Source of the DNA: Candidatus Baldrarchaeota archaeon
GTDB taxonomy: Archaea; Asgardarchaeota; Baldrarchaeia; Baldrarchaeales; DXJG01
Direction: 5' to 3'
Assembly (NCBI GenBank): GCA_019056805.1
Contig: DXJG01000002.1
Span: forward strand, 106,907-138,906
DNA length: 32,000 nucleotides
In this document: in pieces, positions 19,150-28,689 of the stretch
How the letters are laid out: every line of letters starts with the position of its first letter
How positions within the stretch are numbered: the stretch's first letter is position 1
Program-made: the position numbers and the translations under genes
The notes under the pieces: model-generated
What the model was told of the DNA's origin: nothing
The model's input: only the letters and a program-made list of their open reading frames with translations
Database searches by the model: none

Positions 19150-19911
19150 CTATGTTAAATCTCCACAAGTACAGAAAATTTCGTGAATTAAATCATATAA
19201 GTGGTCAAATCCTATGTTTTTTGTTGCAGACACTTTAATTACCCTTACGGCTCCTCTCAATATTTCAATGACTTCCGAGATTTCAAGCGATAAATCCGTT
19301 ATAGTTCCTCTGCTTTCTTCCCTTAGTACTTTTTTGAGGTATTCAGTATCTAAAATAAGTCTATCCATATCTTTTCTCTTTATTTGATCTATTTTACTAA
19401 GGACCGTAACAGTCGGAACTTCCATTAGAAGCTGAACCGCAATACCCATTAGTTGTGCAACTACCAAGCCAGAAACCTTTGAAATTAAGGTCGAATCAAG
19501 AAGAAAAACGTTAACTGTACGCCCAAGGTCTTCAAGTTTCCTAATAATCCTAGGTCCAGCAGTATGAAAAACAAATATTTCCATTTGACCAGGAGTGTCG
19601 ATTAAACAAACTTCTCCACGTAATTTTGCTATATTTGTAATAATATCCTTGATACGCATTTCCATAAGTTCAACAGCCCTAATCATAGCAGAGTTAGGAC
19701 CCATTTTTTCCTTAAGCATGATCTCCCTGGTTGTAATGATATCTCTTATGTCAAAATCAGGTTTATATGGTAAAAATTCACATCCAGGATCCAGATTAAT
19801 GTAATTAACTTTATAGTTTATCTCATTTTCTAACCACTTGCCAAAAGCTGCAGTCAAGGTCGTCTTACCCGAACCTGCAGGACCAAGAAACACCACGTTG
19901 AGCAATGACAT
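19150..19911 (-). CDS. GPN-loop GTPase
   Basis: GPAGSGKTT, INLDPG, GPNS, IDTPGQME, SKID, VSA. Confidence 0.95.
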   Translation of the reverse strand: MSLLNVVFLGPAGSGKTTLTAAFGKWLENEINYKVNYINLDPGCEFLPYKPDFDIRDIITTREIMLKEKMGPNSAMIRAVELMEMRIKDIITNIAKLRGEVCLIDTPGQMEIFVFHTAGPRIIRKLEDLGRTVNVFLLDSTLISKVSGLVVAQLMGIAVQLLMEVPTVTVLSKIDQIKRKDMDRLILDTEYLKKVLREESRGTITDLSLEISEVIEILRGAVRVIKVSATKNIGFDHLYDLIHEIFCTCGDLT

Positions 19912-19912
19912 T

Positions 19913-20596
19913 TTAACTTTTCCTCTTTATCTTGATGACTCTAAAACCTGAAGCTACAGGGTTAGGATATTCCAAAAGCCTAATGCTATTCAATATATTT
20001 TTAGATGTGTGCACAGTTATTGAAATATCAAATTCGGAAGGTTTGAGAGATTTGATAGTTAGATAATCATTATCTAACGATATAGAGCACATTTTTGGTA
20101 ATCCGTAAAGAACTTCTTCATTTTCATTATTTAAGAATTTATTAATCGTATACAGAAAACCATAAATTCCTGCCGTCAACTCAGCGAGTCGGACAACCAA
20201 ACTTTCCTTTCCAATTAGTAGAATTTTTAAGTTACTGAAGTTTTTTGCCATATTCTTTAGTTGTGGAATAAGTTTTTCAAGTACTTTTCTACCTCTAGGA
20301 GAGATTTTATAATTGGACAGCTTTTTTACATTCAGATCAAGAAGATTAGCACCGCCTAAACTTATATCTAAATGAATAACATTTACACTAAACTTATTAG
20401 ACAGTTCTAAACAGAACGATAGTTCATTTAAAATGGGAGTTCTTTCATCTAAGTTATATTCAAACGCTTTCCAAACCACTGCAGATGGTCTTCTATATGG
20501 TGGTTCTACCATGACGGCGGCCGTACCAACTATACAAATAGGTTCATAATCTTTTTTGAGAATCGCTCCACCGCTATCAGCTGCAATAATCTTCAT
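19913..20596 (-). CDS. DUF4152 family protein
   Basis: MKIIAADSGGAIL..Y.PI..VGTAAV.VEPPY, HLDISLGG, IGKES..VRLAEL.AG. Confidence 0.8.
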   Translation of the reverse strand: MKIIAADSGGAILKKDYEPICIVGTAAVMVEPPYRRPSAVVWKAFEYNLDERTPILNELSFCLELSNKFSVNVIHLDISLGGANLLDLNVKKLSNYKISPRGRKVLEKLIPQLKNMAKNFSNLKILLIGKESLVVRLAELTAGIYGFLYTINKFLNNENEEVLYGLPKMCSISLDNDYLTIKSLKPSEFDISITVHTSKNILNSIRLLEYPNPVASGFRVIKIKRKS

Positions 20597-20656
20597 CTTG
20601 GGACACCTGTGAAAACTAAAAATTTAAAAGTATAAGTCTTTCTCTACAAAAGGGGG

Positions 20657-20947
20657 ATGACTACGATGGCTACCGCCATATTAAAGGGGTTAACAGGTGT
20701 AATAGTAAATTATAGAAGGTCCAAACATGACCAAAAAACCAATGAAATTCTAATAAAGTTTCCTGGAATAAATGACGAAAAAAATGCAGCAAAACTCATA
20801 GGCAGAAAGGTAGCATGGGAAACTCCTAAAGGGAAAAAAATAAAAGGCAAGATCGTAGCGACACATGGAAGAAGAGGAATTCTTAGAGCCAGAATGGAAA
20901 AGGGAATACCAGGGCAAGCCATAGGTACACAAATAATTTTATACTAA
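20657..20947 (+). CDS. rpl35ae: 50S ribosomal protein L35Ae
   Basis: GVIVNYRRS, LIGRKV.W, GKIVATHG..G.LRAR.EKG.PGQA.G. Confidence 0.95.
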   Translation: MTTMATAILKGLTGVIVNYRRSKHDQKTNEILIKFPGINDEKNAAKLIGRKVAWETPKGKKIKGKIVATHGRRGILRARMEKGIPGQAIGTQIILY

Positions 20948-20992
20948 CTTATTCTTTCTACGCGAATACAATATCCTAATTTTATAAATTCC

Positions 20993-22054
20993 TCAATTTT
21001 TATGAAACGGTCGTGCATTTGTTTGAAATTGCATAAAATCTGTAACTATCTTCTTTTTTGGACGAATTCTTTCTTTTACTACTTTTAAAAATTCTTCTTT
21101 TAGGTTTAATGCTTTGACAAAAGCTTCTCTATCTGTATATGATCCCCAGTGTAGTATAGTGTCTCCAATTTCCATATCATAATCCATTGAACCAGTACAC
21201 GGATAAGAGTGGTGGTGAAGAGCAATATCATCATACATCTTTCTTAAGGTTTCATCATTAATGTCTCCAAATTTATAGCCTAACATTTGCCTAGCAACAT
21301 ACCATGTAATCCCGCAAGGAGAAGAAACATACACCTCTATTTCCGATATAACTTTTATATTGCCGGAAAGTTCCTTTAGATTTAACTTTATGACAGGTTT
21401 ACCGATTCTAAGTTCCTTAATAAACTTGTTAATAGTTGGTGTTGAAGGATCTGGTCTGAGAAGACAGGAAGGTTTAGGTGTAGCAAGTTCTATGCCATAA
21501 AGTTCACATTTTTCAGCAATTTCCCTTACAACACCTAATGGCGCATCCTTAGGGCTGTCTCTAAATATGATAAGTGCTTTTGCATCTGATCGGCGAAGAA
21601 TCTCAGGGAGTTCCAAATATAAATCATTATGAATACCTGTGGCCAAAACGAGATCTACTGAAGGAATTGAATCCGGTAGATATTTTGATGGCTCATCAAC
21701 AACTACTGGTAATGTGTTTGGGTCAGGTAACTCCAGAATACCCTCAATATTTTCAGCAAACCCATATTTACCGTATTTACACCTAAAATCTATACATAAG
21801 TGACCGCAACTAGTACAATGTCCCAAACTATTCACGAGATTATCAATTATCCGTACACCGAAATCCCCACTAAATAGTATAAACAATTTAAGGGAAGTTT
21901 TAGGCAAAGACAAAGAAGATATTTCACCAATCATCATGCCCTTACCATCTAGAAGTAGTTTATCTAACTCTTTTTCTTTTTCTATCTCTTTTCTTACCAA
22001 TTCTATGAAATATCTTTCATTGGTTGATTTTTCTTCTTGCACAAGAATCCCCAA
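20993..22054 (-). CDS. DUF166 family protein
   Basis: GDFG.RII.NL, CTSCGHLC...C, DEP..YLP, PKPSC, SSPCG.TWYVA, HSYPC.GSM. Start uncertain; an ATG pair about 39 codons downstream has a better SD. Confidence 0.75.
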   Translation of the reverse strand: MGILVQEEKSTNERYFIELVRKEIEKEKELDKLLLDGKGMMIGEISSLSLPKTSLKLFILFSGDFGVRIIDNLVNSLGHCTSCGHLCIDFRCKYGKYGFAENIEGILELPDPNTLPVVVDEPSKYLPDSIPSVDLVLATGIHNDLYLELPEILRRSDAKALIIFRDSPKDAPLGVVREIAEKCELYGIELATPKPSCLLRPDPSTPTINKFIKELRIGKPVIKLNLKELSGNIKVISEIEVYVSSPCGITWYVARQMLGYKFGDINDETLRKMYDDIALHHHSYPCTGSMDYDMEIGDTILHWGSYTDREAFVKALNLKEEFLKVVKERIRPKKKIVTDFMQFQTNARPFHKN

Positions 22055-22424
22055 CTTTTATTAACAAGTATTCAATTTTAATAATTTATTGTTAAGTTAA
22101 ACAATAAACTATACATATTTATGAATTCCAAGCTTCCTAATAATTTTTCTACTAAAACCAAACTTTAATCCTAAAAATTTTATCACTAAAAACAACAAAA
22201 TACAACACAACCAGGAATTTATTTCAATAAGGATTCTAAAATATCTTAAAATAGACATAAACAATATCTTATAGTTTTTGCTTGGAAACGCTATAGAAAC
22301 AAATAAAAACTTTATATTACAATGTAAAGCCTTAGAGCACCAAAATTTTTGAAATAAACACTTCAGATGTTCAAAGGGGGACTAAATAAATTAACTATTA
22401 GTAAGGTGCATCGAATAATTCAAG

Positions 22425-23186
22425 GTGTTGTGTTTGGGGAAAGTTGTTATGTTGAATGTAGGTTCAAGAAAGGGTGAAGAATGGCCAGGTCAAGGACCCA
22501 TATTTTCTGATGGAACTTTCAAATATGTTCCTATTCCTGAAATCCCAGAACGAGTCAGAGAAGAATTTAAAAAAGAATTGAGAACCTATGAAGCTCTAGG
22601 CTTAGGTAGTTATGTCGATCCAGAATTTAGGGAAGAATTTGTTCATGAAGACCCGGAATTTAAGACATTTACTTACGGTCATGTGGAAAGAGGCTTTGGA
22701 GACATTAAAGCTTTAACATCACTTAAAAAGGGTGATTATCTTTTATTTATGGCTAATCTTAGATATTTCCCAAGGAAAACGGGTGAAAGAAGGCTTTCGT
22801 GGATTAATCCTGATTGGGGTGCATACATTATTGGTTATTTTGTTATAGATACTGTAATAACGCAGGAGGAATATCTTTCTTCTCCAGAACTTAGAGAACT
22901 TTTTAAGAACAATGCTCATTATAAGTGGAAATGGGAAGAGCATTTAAGGGAAAAATATCGAAATAATTTATGGATTAAGGGTAAAAGTGGCCATCTCCTT
23001 AGGATAGCTGTTCCTCTTAGTGATAGTGAGGACCCAACGAAACCTAATTCATTTCTATATAACAATTTTACAACAACTGGAGGAAAACCCATCAATAAAA
23101 GAAATTGGTATCGTTGGACTTTAATAAGTAACAAGATAAGTCAGATAAAAAATTTTATAAACAAATTCCAAAGCACGGTAATTTAA
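22425..23186 (+). CDS. Nucleotide-modification-associated domain 3 (Nmad3) protein
   Basis: NVG...GPIFSDGTFKYVPIPE, VHEDPEF..FTYG, L.KGDYLLF.A.L, W..P.WGAYIIGYF, NNAH. Likely TTG start at 22434. Confidence 0.8.
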   Translation: MLCLGKVVMLNVGSRKGEEWPGQGPIFSDGTFKYVPIPEIPERVREEFKKELRTYEALGLGSYVDPEFREEFVHEDPEFKTFTYGHVERGFGDIKALTSLKKGDYLLFMANLRYFPRKTGERRLSWINPDWGAYIIGYFVIDTVITQEEYLSSPELRELFKNNAHYKWKWEEHLREKYRNNLWIKGKSGHLLRIAVPLSDSEDPTKPNSFLYNNFTTTGGKPINKRNWYRWTLISNKISQIKNFINKFQSTVI

Positions 23187-23202
23187 TTTTACAATTCCAG
23201 TT

Positions 23203-24129
23203 TCATGTTTCTTTTTTCAAGTAACTTTGTACTTCATCTACACAATCGATGCACACGGAGCCAAATTGAGAATACCCAGAAACTATTAGTTTCTTACTAG
23301 AACAAACTCTACAAGTATCATCATCAAAAAGATACATATTTGCTATGAGATTTCGATCTTTAACTTCCTTAAGGAAGAGAATTAACGTAATCACCGATAT
23401 TGCAAGAAGAACAGCAATTAATGTATAGACTAAAACTGCAATCCTAAAAGAAGATATATAATTTAAAATTGACAGTTGAGCCATAATAAAACCAAGGAAA
23501 ACTGTTGCTAAGGAAATACCTAACAAGCCCCATGGGTGGGTCAAATATATAACTGCAAGTTCTAGTCTAACTAAACTCTTTCTTTGATCCTCTGTCAACA
23601 TATTTAAATCTCTTAGAAGAAAATTCCATGCGCGTTTTGAGATTTCATCTATACGTAAAAAGAATACTGGAAAGAACGTATAAAATAAAAACAGGAAAAG
23701 TGTAGCTGCTTCAAACATTTCAAAAAATATAAAGATGTACGCAATTACGAAGGAAACAGTTAATAAAAAAGTAAAGGCAGACATATAAGTAAAGCATATC
23801 ATTAAATCTACTGCTCTTCTTATTTTTGCCAATAAATACCAAGGAATAGTTATAGCAATAAAAAATCCAATACTTACTCTTATAAAAAGCTGCAGTTCAC
23901 TACTCAAAGGAAGTAGGGGCATAAAATAAGCAATTAAACCTAAGATGACACTTAGTAAAGAAAAAACTGCGTCTAAACTTACTCTTTTATCTGAATCAGT
24001 TAACAACCATAACTCTTTTTGCAATTGCTTTATTACATCTTTTTTGAAATATCGTTTTTGAAGAAGTTTTATTTCTTTCTCACCGATACTTAACAAGTCA
24101 TACCACCTTTTAAAATTTAATCTACACAT
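23203..24129 (-). CDS. Multi-pass membrane protein with C-terminal C4 zinc finger
   Basis: About 6-7 hydrophobic segments, then CRVC-x16-CIDC at the C-terminus. Confidence 0.75.
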   Translation of the reverse strand: MCRLNFKRWYDLLSIGEKEIKLLQKRYFKKDVIKQLQKELWLLTDSDKRVSLDAVFSLLSVILGLIAYFMPLLPLSSELQLFIRVSIGFFIAITIPWYLLAKIRRAVDLMICFTYMSAFTFLLTVSFVIAYIFIFFEMFEAATLFLFLFYTFFPVFFLRIDEISKRAWNFLLRDLNMLTEDQRKSLVRLELAVIYLTHPWGLLGISLATVFLGFIMAQLSILNYISSFRIAVLVYTLIAVLLAISVITLILFLKEVKDRNLIANMYLFDDDTCRVCSSKKLIVSGYSQFGSVCIDCVDEVQSYLKKET

Positions 24130-24179
24130 ATTAATACTCTTAAACTAGAGAGGTGCTTTTTGGTTTAATTTTATTTGAT

Positions 24180-24857
24180 TTAGGACGATTCAGATGTCAT
24201 ATTGTTTACCTTTTTGCATAATTCTTCATAATATTTTAAACAGATTCGACTTCTACGCTCCAAGTAATAGAAGCCTGCAATTGTTACTATTATCAAGAAT
24301 ATAAACAGAAATAAGTTGAATGAAACCATTTCTATTATTGCAAATATTCCCATTCCGAGGAAAAGGGCAGATTGGAGGGCGTAACGCATAGCAGGTAATG
24401 CTTCCTCGAATAATTCTTCATTAAAGATTTTGAATAGAGTTTTAGTAATTTTAGGATATCTGGAAAATACTATGTAAAGAATAATAAAACTAAAGGAGAT
24501 GGTGATTATTGATAGCGCTGTTCGATGAGGATAGTAATATAAGATAAGTTCTTTAAGCAAGTTGATAATGTATGCAGCGATTCCTGCGTATAGATAGGTC
24601 CAACCTCTCATCCTTTCCGCCACAGAGTCCAACAGTAATGCTCCTCTAATATAGCCGACATAGAAAGGTAACAGCCAACCTAAAATCCAAAGTGGAATGA
24701 AGAGGAGAAAAGCTTGTATACCACCTGTAATGAGTTGAAGAAGAGAGAAGACGATTCCTAACGAGGATGATATGTATAGTAGAGCGGAATCTAGTTTTCC
24801 TATTCTTGATTTCTTGTCTATGTATTTTTTTATAAATTTATAGACGTTTTCATCCAT
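24180..24857 (-). CDS. Hypothetical multi-pass membrane protein (~6 TM)
   Basis: 225-codon ORF with GGAGG SD and regularly spaced hydrophobic helices; no family recognised. Confidence 0.75.
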   Translation of the reverse strand: MDENVYKFIKKYIDKKSRIGKLDSALLYISSSLGIVFSLLQLITGGIQAFLLFIPLWILGWLLPFYVGYIRGALLLDSVAERMRGWTYLYAGIAAYIINLLKELILYYYPHRTALSIITISFSFIILYIVFSRYPKITKTLFKIFNEELFEEALPAMRYALQSALFLGMGIFAIIEMVSFNLFLFIFLIIVTIAGFYYLERRSRICLKYYEELCKKVNNMTSESS

Positions 24858-24941
24858 ATATCTTCCTCCCCCATACCCAGAGCTATATAAAATGTTACAA
24901 CTAAGAGTGACTCTGGAAACACCATTAAAAACTATTTCTTT

Positions 24942-25643
24942 TTACTGATCCTTGAAATCCTTATTAAAAAGTTCGTCCCATTCTGTAATCTTTGAATCGA
25001 ATATCTTTATATGTAACAATTCTATTTTCTTATCAATGTCCGAAATAACATTTTCAGTGAAAAATGCCTTATACTTATATTTTTTTAAGCTCATAGTCCT
25101 AACTAAAGCAGTTTTTTTCAAATGCAAAGTAGCTTCTTCAAGTATCCTTAATATTGGAATAAAGGAATTAAGTATTTCTTTCAATACATCAATTTTCATC
25201 TCCTTCAATTGAAGTGAATAGCAATATGTTGCTAACATGCCTAGATATGATTGATAGAGAAGAAGATCTAAGTACAACTCTTTAGGTTTGATTATTCCCA
25301 AATTCTTAATTAACAATTTTTCTAGATTATTAGCATATTTATAAACATCTCGAAACACGATCATCAAAAAAATCTTAATGTTGACTTCGACTTCTTTGAT
25401 ACCCTTTGTTTCGTCTAACATTCCTTTCAATGCAAGGATTTTAGCGAAAAAATAACTATTTTTATCAAGGAAAAAGCTGAGGGGTGAATAAATTTCTTGG
25501 ATTGCCTTCTTTTCTTCCTCCATTTTGATCTTTCTTATCTCTCTTCTCTCTGCTAGCTTATGTGAAAGTATTATGGTAACTATTGCTGACACTAAAGTAA
25601 TAGCAGAGCCTAACAAAAAGCTTAGATATGGTTCACCAAGCAT
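24942..25643 (-). CDS. Hypothetical protein, N-terminal membrane anchor + helical soluble domain
   Basis: YLSFLLGSAITLVSAIVTIIL, charged stalk, IYSPL, then helical domain. Confidence 0.75.
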   Translation of the reverse strand: MLGEPYLSFLLGSAITLVSAIVTIILSHKLAERREIRKIKMEEEKKAIQEIYSPLSFFLDKNSYFFAKILALKGMLDETKGIKEVEVNIKIFLMIVFRDVYKYANNLEKLLIKNLGIIKPKELYLDLLLYQSYLGMLATYCYSLQLKEMKIDVLKEILNSFIPILRILEEATLHLKKTALVRTMSLKKYKYKAFFTENVISDIDKKIELLHIKIFDSKITEWDELFNKDFKDQ

Positions 25644-25938
25644 AGTACTTATTTATTGATAATTAAGCCTTTAAAACATTATGACTTAGTATAGCATTCA
25701 AAACTAACTTTTCAAATCAAACATTTACATATTAAATTTTTAAAATAATTAAAGCTCTTCTAGACTTGTATTAACAAAAATTTAGATAGGTTGGAGGATA
25801 AATACTAAAAGTATTGTTTAAATTCTGGAGTAAGCATTAAAAAGATGTATCTTTTCTTTTTTATTTATGCTGAAATACTTGGTGTTTGCTTTAAAAGATG
25901 AACAAACTATAATGGTGTGTTAGTTTGAAGTATTGAGT

Positions 25939-26370
25939 TTACTTCTTACGGTACTCTATAATTATGATTCCAGTAAGTGCAAGAATTGCGGATACAGTTA
26001 GAGGGACACCTATTGACTTAAGATATGCTGCGATCCACAAAGCAATAGGAAGTGACACACGACTCCAAAAAAGCCATGCTGAAAACAATATCATTAAAGT
26101 TAGAAATATTTTTACTAACGGATCTATATATCGAGGAGCGAGAGACCCACCTACCCTTGGCCGCCCTAATGCATCATGTGAATAACCCCAAACAATCTTA
26201 AAAAATAGAATAACAATAAATCCTGTAATAAGAGTTAAAAATAAACGGATAAACTCAGCAATCACACGTATCGGATAAAAGATCGCAAAAAGTCCAAGCA
26301 TGAACCAAAATACCAAAATTCCATATACCAACACACTCACAAAAGAACCATATTTCTTTTGTCTCCACAT
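25939..26370 (-). CDS. Hypothetical membrane protein (~4 TM)
   Basis: GAGGGGTG SD upstream; four hydrophobic stretches. Confidence 0.7.
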   Translation of the reverse strand: MWRQKKYGSFVSVLVYGILVFWFMLGLFAIFYPIRVIAEFIRLFLTLITGFIVILFFKIVWGYSHDALGRPRVGGSLAPRYIDPLVKIFLTLMILFSAWLFWSRVSLPIALWIAAYLKSIGVPLTVSAILALTGIIIIEYRKK

Positions 26371-26451
26371 ACTACACTCACCCCTCTATACATTTAGAAT
26401 TAAAAAATATAAAAAAATAGTATGTAGCGCGTACAAAAGATAAGATTATTT

Positions 26452-27170
26452 TTGGTGAGAGTGTTGTCAAAGGATGAAAATGGTGAAATTAAGAGCATTG
26501 TTCAAAAATGTCTGGAGGAAAAAAGGAAGAGAAGCTTAGCTCGTTTGGAAAAGAAATTTAACACGGATAGAGTAATAGAAATTTTCGAAAATGCTAGCAA
26601 ACAATTTGAAGATAATTCCAAGTTTATAAGAGAATGCGAAGAGAAGATTTCAAGATTCAAAAAAGCAGCTAGCCAGCTGTGTGCTGAGTCTCAATCAAAA
26701 GAAGAACTATCTTTAACCAATATTATCAAAGATACCGTTCCACTAATTAAAGCCAATCTCTCATACTTTATACAGGTTCTCCCCCTCTCAGAAGAAGACA
26801 ATATCAAATTTTTCATGTTAATAAATCTTTGGCGCAACGGGGTTGAACATGCAAGAGCAGAACTTAAACTCAACAAAAGCCATGCGGATGTAGCGTTTCT
26901 ATACAACAATGAAATAGTTATGGTTGAATGTAAAAGAATCCCTCTCAAATTTGGGTCTTTTGAACAGTTAACGGAATACGCATTACACAGCGACTTTATT
27001 TACGAAGCAGTACCATATACGGTTGAAAATGAAGATGGAATCCGTTTTTTCTAGAAAATGAACTCGACCAAGCAACGCTTTTCAAAAGTTTATCGATTTA
27101 ATGCGTAATGAAATTAGGTGGAAAAAGAAGAGTAGAGTTGGAAGAGAACGTCGAATGGCTTCAATTGTAA
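26452..27170 (+). pseudogene. PD-(D/E)xK nuclease with N-terminal coiled-coil, apparently truncated (intact frame 26452-27054)
   Basis: HADVAF...IVMVECKR...FEQL.EY...SDFIYEAVP, then TAG straight after a T6 run. A plausible C-terminus continues in another frame to 27170 through one TAA. Confidence 0.6.
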
Positions 27171-27795
27171 GAAGTTTTCAGAGTTCAATAGGAGAAAATT
27201 TTGCGGAGATGTTTGCGGCAAGCTTGGTTCTTGATATGGGTAGAGTTCTTGTTTCGATTCCTGATGCCTCTATTAAGGACGTTGTTCATGCAAGATCTCT
27301 TAGCAAGGTTCATAGATCGTTGCTATCGAGAAAGGTGGCTAAAAGGTTGAAGTCTAACATAAAATTGGGCAATGAGGAACATGCTCTTATGCAGGCAATA
27401 GTTGGTATGAATTTACTTGAAAATGGCTACAGCGTTGTTTTTGAACAGGAATTTAAGAGAAAAGCCACTTTTTATACGGGAGTCGGTGTAGCGGGTATTG
27501 TTAAGGAAAAGAGGCGAGAACCTCGCATGGATGTTGTTGCTTGGAAGAGGAACGATATTTTAGGCGTTGAGGTAAAAACACATCGAAGCCCCCTTAAGAA
27601 AGGGGAAAAAGAGGTTTCTTTGAACAGATTGCTGAGCGTATTGAGTATGCTCAGGCATATGGTTTGAAGCTTTACGTGGCAACAACTTTCAATGCCGTGA
27701 ATACGGCTAAGGAAACGCTGAGGAAAATTAGAGGAGAAGATATAGGTATCATAGTTATAGATCCAGATAAAAGGAACGTTAGCTTTGGTTCTTAA
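27155..27795 (+). pseudogene. PD-(D/E)xK nuclease split by a -1 frameshift
   Basis: EEHALMQAIVG..L..NGYSVVFE, RMDVVAW...LGVEVKT. After GGGGAAAAAG (27602-27611) the -1 frame continues RGFFEQIAERIEYAQAYGLKLYVAT...DIGIIVID to TAA at 27795. Start at 27155 or 27101. Confidence 0.8.
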
Positions 27796-27934
27796 GAATA
27801 AATCGTACTAAATACCAGAAGTTAACGCACGTTATTTTAAGTAGAAGTTGAAGCACAGAACCAATTAAATAACATGTTTTTAAAGCCTTTAAAATACGTG
27901 GACAACTAGAAAATAAAGTTGGGAGGTGGTGTGT

Positions 27935-28579
27935 TTGAGACTTTTCTCCTATGTTGTTAGGTATGATAAGGGTTTTGCACCTAACCTGTTTTGGAATTAT
28001 TGTACCCTTGCTACGTGTAAGCCTGGAATAAGGAGGAAGGCTGAGGTTGGAGACTGGGTGGTTGGAACGGGTTCTAAAGAAAATGTTGGTATTGGTAAGT
28101 TAATTTATGCTATGAAAATTGAAGAAAAAATACCATCGAAGAATATAGTATAGATGAGAGATTTAGAAATAAGATACCTAAATATGGACGTATGGAGGAG
28201 AGAGGAGACAACATATACTTCATTAAGAATGAGATGTGGTATATTAGACCATCATACCACTACGAATCTGATAAAGATACTTGGAGGAAGGATGTAGTTG
28301 GGAGATATGTCTTAATCTTCACCCACTTCTACTATTTTGGAAGAAATGCGATAAAAATACCCAGAGAGTTTAGAGTTATAGAGAATGTTAAAGGGTAATA
28401 GAGGTTTACCTGGACATAAATGTAAATTTAGAGAGGATTTGGTTAAGAGATTTATTAAATGGATAGAAAGCTATGAGCTAGGTGTACATGGAGAACCCTA
28501 CGATTTCAAACAAAAATATGATAAAAAGTTTTTTGAAAGTGAGCCAAAGACGATAGGACTGCGGATCAAGAAGAATTAA
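27935..28579 (+). pseudogene. Nmad2 family protein broken by two frameshifts
   Basis: FSYVVRYDKGFAPN....CTLATCKP.IR..A.VGDWVVG / EEY..D.RF..K.P...RGDNIY...D....VLI..HFYYFG..A..IP / GHKCKF..WI...G..GEP, in three different frames. Confidence 0.85.
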
Positions 28580-28689
28580 GGCACTAGTAGTGTAGTGAAT
28601 TCCCGACGTAGAACTTATAATGTTGAAAGACGAAATTTGTCTTGAATGCGGGGTCAACAAATTTAGTAATTTTGATAGGGAGTGTACAA

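Noticed and set aside
22109-22258. 49-aa minus-strand ORF with one hydrophobic stretch at the island border
   Set aside because: No SD, short, expected by chance in T-rich sequence.
25785-25840. TTGGAGGATAAATA identical to the leader before gene 3781
   Set aside because: No start codon or ORF follows; at most a gene remnant.
23187-26451. Integron- or CRISPR-like cassette array among the membrane genes
   Set aside because: No shared repeats in the spacers; no integrase, cas gene or att site in the window.
27870-27900. TTTTAAAG-C-CTTTAAAA inverted repeat upstream of Nmad2, with similar words near 25665 and 22325
   Set aside because: Explained by ordinary BRE-TATA promoter composition.
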